A stretch of DNA of 64,000 bases, taken from positions 1 to 64,000 of the forward strand of contig KZ538071.1 of NCBI GenBank assembly GCA_000934665.2. The letters are read 5' to 3'. Below the pieces are notes generated by a model that did not search any database, was not told the origin of the DNA, and was given only the letters and a program-made list of their open reading frames with translations. Position 1 is the stretch's first letter; every line of letters starts with the position of its first letter. The position numbers were made by a program, and so were the translations under genes. Positions 13,463 to 28,000 of the stretch are shown piece by piece. Source of the DNA: Catajapyx aquilonaris (lineage: Eukaryota).

Positions 13463-14508
13463 CAACTGTAAACCCACAAGAAATGACAATGGAGGAGTTT
13501 AAATAAAATGGATTTGCCGAGACCTCCGCCGATTTCATTCATACTTGTATTCAGCTGTGCATTGGGAAGGTTTTTTGTTTTTGTTTTTGTCCACTGCTAG
13601 CGGTCTGCTTCTGCTAGTCAGGATTCCTCCATAAAAGCTTTCTCATGGACAACCATGGTCATTACTTGTTCACATTGGCACACGGCTGGGCATAATAACA
13701 GTTCCTTAGAAATTATCCTGCATGAGCAGTGCGAGTGGCTACTCACTCCGCTCATGCCAGAAAATTTCTAAGGGATTGTCATGTGCCATGTGCTGATGAC
13801 ACTAGCAGTAGGACTAAAAACTGACCCATTTTATGTAGGTGTATGAGTATGAAAATGAGAGTCAGGTTTTCTTGAACTCACTATATCTCACTGAAATATA
13901 ATTATATCCTGTGCTTTAAAATGGCAGGTCCATGCTGGCAGCATTTTTATCAAAGTTTGTCAGATTGCAGAAAATGTTTAAAATTTTAACACACACTAAA
14001 AGACCACAAATGCAATATATAATATTAAACTTATATGGTTTCTGAATTGTTTCTGTGTCTATGAAAAAAATAATTTGACATTAAGAATATTACATAGAAA
14101 TGGAAAATCATAGCTTCCTTATCCTCCTCTTCTGACCTGAGGTTAAATGGGGCAGTCTCTTATCTGTCACCACTTGTTTTAGTAATGCAATGCTGTCTCA
14201 TGCAGAAAAATCAAAATTCCATGTGGCATAGCATCTGTGTAAAGGGAAAGGTATGAAATGCGACACGTTGTGTACCTGCTGTCCAACAAGAATTGTCGCA
14301 GCGGCAGCGCACGAACTACAGTCTCTCGTGTCCCTGTGCTCGTAGATTGTAGTTCGTGCGCTGCCGCTGCGACAATTCTTGTTGGACTGATAGTACCAGC
14401 AACTACTTTCTAGCCACAGCAGCCCAGGAAAACAATATTTAGAACCTGCGTACCACCAGGGAAGCTTGTGAGGTATCACCGCTGATACCCAGGTCAGAAG
14501 CAGATGTA

Positions 14509-14719
14509 CACCCGCGAGCATAAAGATGGAGATGGCAGGCCCTCACCTTTGGCAGGCTGCTCTGCCAATTACAGCTATTATGGTATCAAATATACTGTCA
14601 TAAATACACGAACACACGCCTGATGCAGCTAACTCGGTCCCAAAAGAGTTCATTAATTTGAGTTGGATAAAGAAAGGTCAAAAAAGGGCCTGCCGTCTCC
14701 ATCTTTATGCTCGCGGGGG
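14509..14719. mobile_element. Small MITE, TA TSD (Tc1/mariner-type)
   Basis: TIR cacccgcgagcataaagatggagatggcaggccct / agggcctgccgtctccatctttatgctcgcggggg flanked by TA. Confidence 0.7.
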
Positions 14720-15252
14720 TACATTACTACAGGTGCAAGCCATCTTGGTACACGTAAATCTTGGTAATCAAGGGTAATGACCCCTTAGAAAAAAGTGCAC
14801 AAGGATGCACCAATGGACTTTGATCTCCCCTCTTCTGGATCAAAATTGGAAATATCCAAATGTGTCGATTGCTTTGAAACCCTCAGTTATTTCTTTAAAA
14901 AAAAAATCTACATGGAGCATACAGGATATAAGTGAAAGAAGCACACATGTTTTGAGGAATGATAGTGACTAGGTATAAAAGGTGAAGTTTGTTTGACCAC
15001 GGTAACCAGACCTGCATTGTAATCAAACACAGGTTGCCATAGCAACTTGTTACCATGTCACCACTGACATTCAACAACATCAATGGCACCATGTTATCAA
15101 CAATGATTGATTGATTGTTGATTACATTATCATGAAAACAGGCCGTGGGAAGAACTCATTCTGCAGCTAGTCATAGAGTATGTTGCTAAACCCAGTGGTG
15201 GAATCAACGGCTGTCGTCACTGCTGAGCTCACCTATTAGTCATCTCTACTGG

Positions 15253-15575
15253 TTTCTTCTTCTTCTTCTTCTTCTACCCCATGATAGAGCCTGTGGCTCT
15301 TTTAGGGGAGGTGGGATACCACCATATTTTCTTAATCGTTTTCCCATTATTCTTCAACTCCAGTGCAGGGAAATCAAGGATAGGTATTTTTGGGGAGGGA
15401 ACGTAGGTGCAGGTGCATTGTCGGATATTGTGTCATGTGCATGTCCCCCAGGAGGTTAGGTTGCCAGACACCTCCAAGGTGTGGGTCAGAGACCTTCCCG
15501 ACGCAGGCAGGGATTGAACTTGGGACCTTTCACTCAGCAAGCCGAGACATTACCATCTTGGCCACCGCACCTCCA
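15253..15575 (-). mobile_element. tRNA-derived SINE; related fragment at ~8140-8353
   Basis: B-box-like gggattgaacttgggacc (reverse), (ctt)n tail, and shared core caggaggttaggttgccagacacctcc. Confidence 0.55.
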
Positions 15576-16039
15576 CAACTTTTAGTTTAACAATGCTTTC
15601 CAAGATGCTTTCATTGCTAAGTTCCGCTTTTCCAAGATGACTGCTGTTAGTGATTCAAACAAGTTGCCCCAGGCGAAAGGCGCTTTGCCAGGCAATAACC
15701 CTTGTTGAATCAAGTGCGCTGCTGTGGCTTTCTCAGCAGTGAGTTCAGCAACAGCTTGTATATCGCCACTGCTGCAGCAGCTGAGTTTAGTGACATACTC
15801 ATGGTAAAATTATGAAAGGTAGCAATAATGTAAGTGAACCAATGACCCTTGTGCAGCCTACTTATGCGTGTGCTTGAGATAATCGGGTATGACTGTATAT
15901 TTCTTCCTCACAGAATCAGTACATGGCCTGTCACCCGGGTCAGATTTACACTTAAAATCCCTCTTCACGCAACTTTTATTACACAACCATCAGCTATGTA
16001 CATTGCTGCCAACCCGAACACCTGCAGCACCTTTCCTTT

Positions 16040-19000
16040 TCAAAGCGGCATTGAGTAGGGACCGCATCTGATTAGCTTTTTGAAGGGGTGGAAGTAATAC
16101 TTCTTCCATCCAGCTTTCGTGAGATCCAATTCACTGTAACAATAGAACTTTCATTAGTTGCAATCAAATATATCTGACAACGTTAATGCTGCAATTCAGC
16201 ATTGGAGGAGGTGAACCAATTTAGCTTGTAGCTTATTCACAAACATAACCTGCCTCAGTGGCTCCCAACCTTTATCGAGTTGCGACCCCCTTTTATAATA
16301 GCCAAGTAACCTGTGACCCTCCCACCCCCACATTTGCATGGCATTTTTATAGCGTAAAGAAAACAAAACATTCTGATGACATAATATTATTTCCTGATAT
16401 TTAACCCTAATAAGACAGCCGTATCATATGCTGATACAGTAGCTTTAAAAAGTTCTGTTGGCAAAACTATAACGTTTCCCACTATGTAACGTGGTTCCTG
16501 TGTGGCTTTTTAAATATTCTCTCGGCCAAAAAATCGCGTGTTTTCGGCTACAAAATCTTGCCTAAATAAACCGGATTAACCAGATTAACTTGAATAAAAT
16601 CATCTTTTTGCGGCCGCTGAAAAAAAAACTTCAAGAAACGGCAAGTTTTTTGACATACGGTACATAGTTGCCCCCAAGCCTCCTCAAGAGATTCAACCCT
16701 AAAATCAGTGCAAACGATAATTCAATAGCTTTAAAATAAATCAATAATGTTCATAAATGCCAATTAGCTGCTGGCGGGCCACTGCGCAACTCCCGGCCGG
16801 CCTCCGTCAGGACCTTCAATTTCCACGTTTTTGCAAGGATCTGCAAAAAAATTCACTTGCTTTGTCATTTGAGGGACGAGACATGAATATACTAGTGAAT
16901 AGGATCGTCTAGTGTCCAGGCTTGATCCTGAGGACATCTATGTGACCCTCCTCTCATGCCATACGGAGGGGTAAATTCTTATATGCGCAACGCAGGGGAT
17001 ATGTTTCGTGCCTACTCCAATTTTTTGTCACTCTGCCTGCTTGACAAAAAGTATAATTATGGGTATGTAGCCATGGCACTGCTGAACAAAGCAGTGCATA
17101 AGCACATGGCATGAATTACGTCACAGGACCGGCATGCGAGCAGCAGCTAGATAAACATACACGCCTCCCGAGTGGAAACCTCCTTCGCTCCACAGCTGTT
17201 CATGTGCCCCTCCATCCTGGCGGAGGCCGGGAGGTTGCTACGCAGTGGCCCGCCAGCCGCTAATTGGCATTTACGAACATTTATTTATTTATTTTAAAAC
17301 GATTGAATTATCTTTTGCACTAATTTTAGGGTGGAATCTCTTGAGAAGGTTTGGGGGCAACTATGTATGCCAAAAATTTGCAGGCCAAGGTCGGATTTTT
17401 TTTCTTTTTTGAAGTTTCTTTTTCAGCGGCCGCAAAAAGATTATTTCATTCAAGTTAATCTAGTTAATCCGGTTGATTTACGCAAGATTTTGTAGTCAAA
17501 ATCTCGCGATTTTTTACGCGAGAGAAAATTTAAAAAGCCACACGGAAACCGTGTTACATAGTTGGAAAATGCTATAGTTTCGCCAGCAGAATTTTTTAAA
17601 GCCACCTTATCAACATATGATATGCCCGTCTTATTAGGGTTAAACAGTAGCCTACCACTAAAAGTGCCTATGCAGTAACTAACTAATCACTTCTGAATAT
17701 GTGCTACTAGCAGAAAGGCGAAAATTCAACCCAACATCTCAAACCCTCATGGCCATCATAGTGTAACTTCCCTATTGTTCCACAACATACTGCATTTTGT
17801 TGCATCTGCCTTTATCACACATCAGTACGATGTACTCCACTTACTCGCTCGGGACTTGAGAGTGTTTCAAATGGAGGTGGGTACCGCCATTCTCCCATTC
17901 CTCAAAGGTTATCACCACGTAGGAATAGTGACCCTGAGGCCACGGTTTGAGCCTCCAGGTAAACGCAACAAGACTATGCGGTTCCAACTTCTTGAACTGC
18001 CCACGAATGACATCCCCTAAGAGCTGGAACTCGCCGTCAATCCTAGTATCCATCTTCACCTCACTATGCATGTATGGCTGCATCCTCTGGAGAACAAAGC
18101 ATAAGAATATTATTGCACCAGGGAGATATTTCAGGCAATAATGGGAAAACTTTTCCCCAGCTTGCAATTAATTCAACAAGCCACTTCTAGATTGCACGAG
18201 TAGTTTTTTTTCGTTCACTGAAAAGAGAGGAAAAGAAGAATGTGCCATATGTGCAAGCTTGAAAAATGAGAACAAAATATGCACTCCAAAAGTGGGCTGT
18301 AAAATACATGCTACATGAAAGCATGTAGGTCTGAGGGGTAACCTTAATGATCATTAGTTTGAAGGTAGAGACATGATGACCCTGATAGTTAGCTATTTTT
18401 TAACACAAACATCATATTAATGCAGTCGGACATGGTCTATAAAGGCGGTTTCACACGGGCAGTTGCAGCCGGAGTTGGAGTCCGAGTTGGACTCCACCCG
18501 CCAATGAGAGCGAGGCGGCAGCTGTCGCAGTCGCACTGCACGAAAGTTGGATGGGCCGGTCTTTTGGAATCTTGCAACTGCAACTGCAACTGCAACTGCG
18601 GCTAGGAGCGGATGGCCAATCGGCCAGAATGGCGGGACCTTGCGGGCGGGCTGACTGGACAAGCGGCAGCAGCAACTCCGTAAATGGAACGCCCGTGTGA
18701 AACCCGACTTCTCGCTGATTGGCGGGACCTTGCGACGACTGTGACTCCCAACTGCGGCTGCAACTGCCCGTGTGAAGCCGCCTTAATCGCCATGGTCGCC
18801 ATGATCCGCCAAGGTTGGTAGGGACATGTGCCAACGTGCCCCAAACAAAATGTGCCATTGTGGCCTGTAGGCATTTTTTTACCTTTCTAGTCCCCCCTGC
18901 TCTTGAGTGATAAATATTAACCCTTTCGGCCCCAGCTATACCGCCATCGCCTAGATTATCGTATCTGTTAAACTGACATGTACTCTGAAGATAAAAATTA

Positions 19001-22000
19001 AGATGTTACCTATAACAGCTTTACATAATACATTCATGCTCTACACTATGTATATGTTTGGCAGAAGTTTCCTCGTCTAGAAGTCCCTAAATTAATTTCC
19101 AAAAGGATCGCCCAGAGTATCGCTATACTGCCATCGCCTAGAATTTGGTTTGCACGTACTCTGAAAATAATTATAAGATATTTGACAAATAATAACAGCT
19201 ACACTTACACGTTTAGGAAAAACATAACGTATATTTTTGAAACTAATTCTCCTTGTCTAGAAGTCCCTAAATTAATTTCCAAAAAGATCACTGTAAATTC
19301 CATCGCCTAGATTTTCACTTGCACTTACTATGAAGATAAGGACAAGATATTTCACAAATAATAACAGATACACTTACTCATTTCCGCTCTACACTATGAA
19401 CAATTTTCACTTGTCTAGAAGTCCCTAAATAAATTTTCAAAAGTAATAACTTGAAATTCAAGTACAACTGGCCAACCAAGGCCATCGCCTAGATTTTCTT
19501 TACACGTACTTGAAAGATATGGACAATATATTTTACACAAATAATAACAGCTATACTTACATGTTCATTGGAAATGCTATGAAGGTGTTTGGAACAATTT
19601 TCCTCCACTAGAAGGTCCTAAATTAATTTCCAAAATGATCGCTGTAAAAAAACTCAAAATTCAGGGCTGCCGGCCAACTGTTCGGCCAATTAAGGGCCAG
19701 TTTCCCTGAGCTCGGTATATCTAGGGATTTATAAAAGAAACCTGAATCCCCGATTCAGGTCATATCTAGGGATAAATTGGCGAAGCGCGTGCAACCGTTT
19801 CACCGCAACAGTGGATAAATTTTAAACCAAGGATTAAGGTTCCACCAAAGGAACCGGGAGTTGGGAATCTGACTACCTGTGCCCCATGACGAAAATCGCG
19901 GTGATTGGTCGGTCTCACCTCCTGACGTCGTCCAAGTATGGCTGTGCCAGTGCTGTAATTATTTGTGTAATGTACGAGGCGTTATTCATTTACATTTTTT
20001 GCATACACGGACTACCGGACTACTCTCGGACTACCCACGAAGGTGTACGTGGACTACCCTTAGTAAATAACCCCTCGGTAATGTACTTTTGTACGTCATC
20101 GCCATCAGATCGGCCTGTGACATCACTTTCTTTACTCCCCTCCTGCTTCCAGCCCGACTCCATTATCCAGTCCAGGCCCCCTTTTTGTGTTAGCTTAGCT
20201 TGTGGCTTACTCTTCTCCCCCACCATACCCCCACGGGAAACCCAAGATGAGTGGCGCCGAGCTAGCGGATAATTCTGAACCATGGCGGTCGAATACGATT
20301 GGCTGGAGTAGTACAGGTGCCTAGACCTGTACAGTACTGGCCAATAATCGAGGCAACAACTAGCGACATTTTCCCGAAGCGGCAGAAGAAGGAATCTTGC
20401 TCGCCCGGCTTGTAGCATGCTTATCTTCGATTCCTTCTTCTGCCGCTTCGGGAAAATGTCGCTAGTCGTTGCCTCGATTATTGGCCAGTACTGTACTACT
20501 CCAGCCAATCAGGGTGAAGAGCTAAGCTCACAGGGGGAGCAATGGTGCCAGTGTATAAGGTATAAAAGTGACTGCCTGACCGGGCCTACTCCAGTCAGAG
20601 ATTGTAAGCCATATAGATAGGCCATAAATCCAACAAGGGCAGCCCATATGTGCTACAAGCATGGGTAGCTAGGTCAAACCAACCAAGTCCTACCCCAAAT
20701 TGCCCATATTGGTACAATATAGATTGCCACTAAGGATCGTTCTTCGGGCCACACCATATGTGTAGAGAAAGAGCTGCCGATCTGCCCGCCCTGGGCGGAC
20801 ACACGGGTGGGCAGGAAAATGCAAGTAAGGAGATAGAGTAATTTTAATCCCGCAAGATTATTGATCAGATTTTTGCTGTCTGACAGTGAGAGACAATTGA
20901 AATTTCTCTACCAGACTAATTAAAGAGGGTAGTAAATTTAAAACAGTCTCTAGTTCCCGATATTTTCACCAAAAAGTAGTACATGTAAGTGAGAAAAAAG
21001 TATCTCGTCTGATGTGCTGCCAACCACTACAGCATGTTTGGGACGCAGGTCTCGCCCACAAGTAGTATCACACGGTTTGGGGGCCGCCATGTCCTCTCCA
21101 GCCTGGCCAAAAAAAGAGGCGTTCACCTACCAGTCATACCTTCTCGGCTCTGCAGTCCGCCCCCGCTTGCCTAGCACCTTGCCTAACATGGTGTGAGGGC
21201 CGCCCTGACTGCCGACGGGTGGAAATAAGCCAGAGCCATGCACTCGGCACCATGGGGCGATCTTGAATCAGAAGTTTTATCCGTGATTTTATCCTTTTCG
21301 CAGCTGAAAATCGGGGAATATTCCGTTCTGGGAATGTAACCACTGATATATCGGCCGATTTACTAAATCGATCGTGGTGAAAAGCTGCCAAGGTAAATGT
21401 AAGGATGTTTCGGAAAGAAACTTCGATTTATAATATACTGAACTCAGTGAAACTGGCACTCCATTATGAAATACAGTGAAATTCCAATAACTTGAACCAC
21501 CATGGGACCGAGAAATTTTTTCGACTTATCGAATTTGGTGGGGAAAACAGCACCCGCACAAATTAAACACCTACAGTATGCGTCTCACTACTGGGACACG
21601 ATTGCAAGTGACTGCTATACGACTGTAGACTAGGGCCTCTGACTGTCTGAGGCAAAAGGCATGTCACCACTGCACTGCAAAGGAATGCATGAGTCACTAC
21701 CTACAGGAAAGGGAGCTTAAAACACATGGTTTTCAGAGGGCTTTGTGCATGCCTTTGTGGCTTATGGAGAATTAACCAGCTGGGGTGGAAATCTCCAAGA
21801 ATGAATCATACCACATGTTTGCTCAACTTGGAAATTCCCTGGTGTTGACAAAATTCGATTTATTAATAGAGAAAGTGCTGCGGAGTTCACAAAATATATG
21901 CGACTTATCGAGAAAATCGAGTTATACAAATTCGAGTTATCGGAATTCAATTTGCATTACATACAGTATATGGCGAATCCGCCAAGTCCAAGATTTTCTT

Positions 22001-25000
22001 CGACTTATAGAGAATTTCGAGTTATCGGGATTTAACTGCACGTTAAAACATACTCAATATGAACCTTGAGAACCTTGCCAGACGAAGCTGCTGAATTCGT
22101 CGTACTTCGCGAGAAATAAATTAAGTTGAGAGATTTCCGAAGTAACAGGAAAGCCGCAGATAAGAAATAATTTCTCGCAAAGTACGACGGTTGCAGGAAA
22201 TTCATCTGGCACTATTCTCAAGGTTGTTATTCGGTGTATTTTAACATATTTCATAATATATTAACTCAGCCAAGTAGTTGGCTGGAAGTACTATAATTTC
22301 GAGTTTTACAGCGATATTTTTGGAAATTAATGTAGGGACCTCTAGACGAGGATAATTGTTCCAAACACATTCATAGTGTTTTCCCTGATCGAGTAAGTAT
22401 AGCTATTATTTTGCGTAAAATATCTTGTCATATCTTCAGAGTACTCGAAAGTGGAAAACTAGGCGACGACGAGTCTAGTTGGGGCCTAGTCTAGTTGCTG
22501 TCATTTTGTAGGCAGATATTCTGGCTTGCAAACGCATTCTTGGGCTCAGTGATCTAGTACTTCAGTCGGAAGAAAAAAGAAAACCCGACGAGAAATTGAA
22601 ATTTACTAAAATGGTCAAAAATAAAAGAAATCGATACTGCCGGCGACAGTCTTTTGTGATTGAATTGAAAATAGGATGTAATGTGGAGCATGTCTATCTG
22701 CACCTACCACATAAGCATCATGTCCGTGAACCTAATAGCTTCTTCAAAAATTTGACTGTGCCATCGTACCCCTGTAGCCATCGTGCCCCGGTCTTCCCTA
22801 CATACTTCTGGAATGCAGTAATATTTGCCATGCTAAACTTGTCCCTTAATAAATTAATTGTGAGGCTTGAAGCACCATTATGTATGTTTTTTAATGTACT
22901 CTATACAGTATATTTGTAACAGTACAGGGCATTAGATTGCAACCTTGTCAGAGAGCACACCTCAGGAAACGGCTCTGAGGTTGAATTCCTTGACACAATT
23001 TTAAACTTAGGGCAAATCGCTGCAGATACAATACTTGCCTGGGACTCAGTCAAAGCTTGATAGACCACCTCAACTGGACAGTCAAAGTACTCTTCCAGCT
23101 CAAAAGACGTTGTGCTGAGCTTAGCATCAGCTGTGCCTTTCGCATGGCCAGCTGCAGCAAGGCTCTGCTTCGACACAGGCTCATGCTGTGAACTCAAAGT
23201 GCTTGGTTTTGGCGAAAGATCTGAACTCTTCTCCTGTTGCCCTAGAGGCATTGGCTTGTCCTTCGGGTCACTTCCCGGACGTGGAAGTATCATCCCTTGA
23301 GCGAAATCTGAGAAACAACAAGTGCATTCATTTTATTCTTCAGGATGACACATACATATCATGTAACTGTCATCCTGAACAGAAGAGCCCTATCTGCAAT
23401 ATGAAATAAAGTTAAGTGTTGCTCATCCTAATACTTGTACAGTACCATTCATAAAGAATGGTACGACTCTATATGGACGAAATGTTTATTCTGTTCCCAA
23501 CCCCTGGGTTGCCAGCATGTTTTTATGGGTCACGAGGAAGTCCGGGAAAAGGGAATCAAAATAAAAGAAAAGAAAAACAAAGCTAAGTAGGAAAATTTTA
23601 GGGGGGAAATTCACATCAAATCTACGTAAACATTGCACCGGGTTAAACATTTTGGTCATTAAAATTTTTACTTAACAATCGGGATGGGTCATACTAGTCA
23701 CCAGAGGTCCAGAAAAGGTTGTCCATAAGGTTTTGTCAAATTAAGGTTGGGAATAATGCTCGATAATCAGGATAAACATTTCGCCAATAGAGTCATACCA
23801 TTCTTCATGAGCGGGACTGTACATTAGCATACTTGTGCATCAGGCTGCAGTGGTCATATTGAGCTGGACACACAAAGCCCAACCTTACTGTACACAGAAT
23901 TTATGGCTTTTTCACTAAGGGGAGCAGTGAAACTGAAAATGTGCCTGCATATAAAGTAAAGATGAAACCATTATTGTGCCAAGAAATATATCTAAAGACA
24001 ATCTGGACACAGCATGTCCTGGTAAAATCGTCACACAATAACTGTTAATGCCTTTTCCATGGCACTGCTGAAAAACAACCCGAAAAACACATCTAACAGT
24101 TTTCACAGTGTAGCTACCATGATATAGGCAGGCCACGCTAACTTCCAATTGACATCATCGTTTTGTTTACCAATTCCTCTTATCTACAACCTGGGATAAG
24201 GTGCCCAGGTAAAAATGTTTGCAGGACTACTTTTCTGACATCACTCTGCCTGGAACATTCAAGCCATTCCAGACCGAGGGACATCAGAAAGGTAGTCCCG
24301 CAAACATTTTACCTGGGCACCATATCCCAGGTTGCAGATAATTTTTATTCTCAGATGAACAGGGTGGGGCATAATTCATGGGCGGATTAAAACTATGCAG
24401 CATGGCATAAGTAACGAACGAATATATTTAAAAAAAAATTACACTACACAGAGAACGATGTCATTTATGGATCAAGGTCCAAAAAAGTCACTTCTTGAAA
24501 ACAACACCGGATAGATGTCCACCTTTGCAGGCAACACATATTCCTCCAAACGCCGGACAAAACCCTTCATGACGCGCCACGATAGCGAAGGAATGTCCTC
24601 AAATCTTGAAATGACCCTCCCAGGAAACACTTGACTTATAATTTGTTCGGTGTTCGCCACACATCCTCAGTCATTAGGTGATTCTAAGGATCAGATAAGA
24701 CATGCCGTGAGAAACATTTCCCTGGACATGCTGGAGCGGGTTATGTAAGGTTTCGTCCGGCGTTTTGAGGAATACGTGTTGCCTGCAAAGGTGGACATCT
24801 ATCAGGTGTTGTTTTCAAGAAGTGATTTTTTTTGGACCTTGATCCATAAATGGCATATCTTTCTCTGCGTAGTGTAATTTTTAAAAAATATAATCGTTCG
24901 TTACTTACGCCGTCCTTTTACGCGTCGTTTTAATCAGCCCATGACTTTTGCCCCACCCTGTATGTGCCCCATCCCGTGTACTAATTTTCTCATGAGGTAA

Positions 25001-28000
25001 TTTTTTAAAACGACATCATTATTTAAGTGAATAGAACGCGAATAAAAGTGACTGTATGCTTCCGCGAGTCACAGCAGCACTCTTTGGAACTACATTACAA
25101 TCGCTAGTTTCCAGAAGTATGGACCATTACTCGTATTCATATCTGTTCTGTACTCATGAACAAACCAATTATGATGAAAGAGTTTGAGTTGTTCCAGCTG
25201 ACATGGACTAAGGCATGGGTATTCTGGAACACATATTTTAAAATAACCCACAAATGGGATTTTTTAAATGTAATGTCATATGGTAACTAGTAATTGATGT
25301 CATGTACTCTCTCACGATTGGGCAGAAACGGGGGTGTGGTCCTTTAACCCGCATGCAATTGGGTGAGGCGAAAAGGCGGCGGGGTTTGAACTTAGAGATC
25401 AATTCCCGTTAGTCATCTGCATGCTGAGTCACTGGCTCAAAATAATGAAAAAAGGAGGCAATATTGAATGGAATTGCCTCTTTTTTTCGCCTTTCAACAT
25501 TATTTTCATTTGACATTCTCTGAACCCACTAAATTGACTAATTCTGATGTATACAATTTCTGTTGGTCTGTGAGTAAAGGACCTGTTCAAAGTTATCCTG
25601 GCAAAGAAAGGCCACCCACATGGCTCAATGATTCGTGTCAATTAGATTGGAGCAGATCACTGAAACTTGGCAACGCAGGGGAGTTGGATCAAAATGTTGC
25701 TGTCCAGCCACTCTAATATATGTCATTCAATGGAAGAATGCTTCTAAAGGGTGACCTTCATCAGTTTGGAGAAAGAGTTCGCCCTTGTTTTGCCAACGAG
25801 CGCCATCCTGAGTCCGCCCCTCGCTCCTGTCTCTCTTTTAGGGGAGAGTGAGAGAGAGGAGAGGGAGAGAGGGAGAGATACACGATTGGGCAAACGCGTG
25901 ATATCTCGATGGGGCTTGCATTTCGCATATTGGTTCCCTGACCCGGCATCTGTCTCACACGAATATTCTTACAACATTTTTACGGGGTAAAAACCACACG
26001 TGTTTTCCTGAGTCTAAATGAACTAATAAAACAGTTCACCATGTGACAACATGTTTTGATGCCTACCAAGGCCGCTAGGTAGCAATCCCTACCACATCAA
26101 AAATACAGTCAGTGGCGAACACAGCGGCCATTAGCGTAAAACTAGGTGCATAGATTATACACTACAAGATGCGCAAGATGGTTGCCGTTTAGGTAGCGGG
26201 GCTACTTGAACAGGTCCTTTATGTCTATGTGTGATGTACGAGGTTGTCCCCCCCTACAGGAGCAATACTTCATAAACAGGGTAATAATAATAATAAATAA
26301 TAAAAAACCTATGTGTCTAGACTTTACAGTCACCCTTACTTTACCTGACATTTCATTTCGTGCTTTGTCACTAGGGTGTTTCCAAACAAACTCAAAGATA
26401 ATATTGGTAATAATGTGGCTCTTTTGCTCTTAACTGTAATAACTGCAATAAAAATTGAGGCATGTGTCCCTCCCTCCCATCCTCTGAGATAAAACAAATG
26501 TAACACAGGATGCTGTGAAAACTCACCTTCCTTCAGCTCACTGACATATCCAGCCAGCTTGGTCTTAAGTGCAGCTTCTATCTTGCATCGAACAAATGAC
26601 TCCATTTGGTGATCCTCTTCTTCACATTCGTCTGTTGAAATGATCATTTCGATAGCTGACACGGAACTCTCATCGCAAAAGTTGGCTACTTGGATCTTGC
26701 CTTTTATCTTCTTGGACCGGGGAGTGAGTTTCCCTTCCCATTTCAGGATAATTTCCCACTCATAAAAAGCCATAAGCTTTCCCTTCCTGATGTTTATATA
26801 GGCATCGCCTTCACATTTTTCCATCTCTGTGATGGAAAATTTGCCTGAAAAATGTACAATTCAGAAAAATTACATTTTCAGGAATGACAATCACAAATCT
26901 GAATACTTGTCATCAGGATTATTTACGATACTTATTTAGCATGGCAAGGGTCCCCACCAACTGCCCATGAAAAATTAGTAGAACCTAACTCCGCACAAGA
27001 TGAGATAAAAGAACTTAGTCTAGGGATCAAACCTAGGATCATTCTATGAGAGTCATGTACTGTAACTGTCTTGGTCTTATAGGCCCTCATGATTTAGGCT
27101 TACAGAATGTAAAATATGTATTGCAATGTTCAGGTAAGTCAACCACTGCAGTTGATTTACCTGAACATTGCAATACATATTTGCTGCAGAGGAAAATAAA
27201 AGGAGAGTGCTTGCTGATGCAATAGATTTACTTCTTAAGTCTTGCATCAGTTACCACATAAAATATTTTAAACATTTCAAGTATTTGTACCGTATTACCT
27301 CACTTAAAGCAGCATGCAGGTATAAAACGAGGTCGACCAGCATGCCGGTATAACCCAGAGGTGGCTGGCATGCCGCAATACCCGAGGTAGATTTCCATAA
27401 TTTTGATCCTTGTCAATTTTTTTTGCAATGCATCTGATACTGTACTAAATCATGCTAAGATGAAAAATTTGCGGGTACAGGGCTGTGAGAATATTCAAGT
27501 TCATCTGTTGCACAGTGCATAGAGTGTGACCAATCCGACTGTCAGCCTGCTCTGAGAGGGGAACCCCCCTAAACATTACAAAGGATCTAGGCAAATTCCT
27601 TCAGTCCTTCGTTTTGCTACCAATAGTTCGGTGGTTGCAGATCTCGTTGGCAATGAGATGATCACTTTGCGTAGTGGTATCAATAATAATATTTGTCTGA
27701 GAAGCCTCGTCACTCAGATAATAAAATCCAAACCAAACGTATGAAATATCCTGGTAGGTATTCTTCCCGTCTAGCAGCCTTGCACTTTTAATTGAAAATG
27801 TTGCCATATTTGAACTTAACGAATGATCTTATGGGATATGTCAGGCGATAGAAGTGTCCTGGGCTGTATCCATACCGTAGAACATGGTGTAATGCATTCC
27901 TTTGAGTAATAATAATTTTCATAGAGATCGTAAGGAAACCTCATCTTATACCGGCATACCTCACTTAGACCGGCATGCCGGTATAGCCACCAGGTCATGC

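Larger units (their letters stand above)
10597..13512 (+). repeat. Segmental duplicate of SPSB intron and last exon (copies ~1610-2820 and ~6185-6608)
   Basis: 10597-12110 aligns to ~1610-2820 (with a ~220-bp extra segment); ~13097-13512 aligns to ~6185-6608. Confidence 0.9.

Noticed and set aside
14960..15012. Alternative AHA1 last exon
   Set aside because: No homology; the exon at 16133-16040 fits both phase and the GW-x-x-YYF motif.
18945..19660. CRISPR-like periodic repeats
   Set aside because: Whole ~180-bp units repeat without unique spacers; eukaryotic transposon subterminal repeats.
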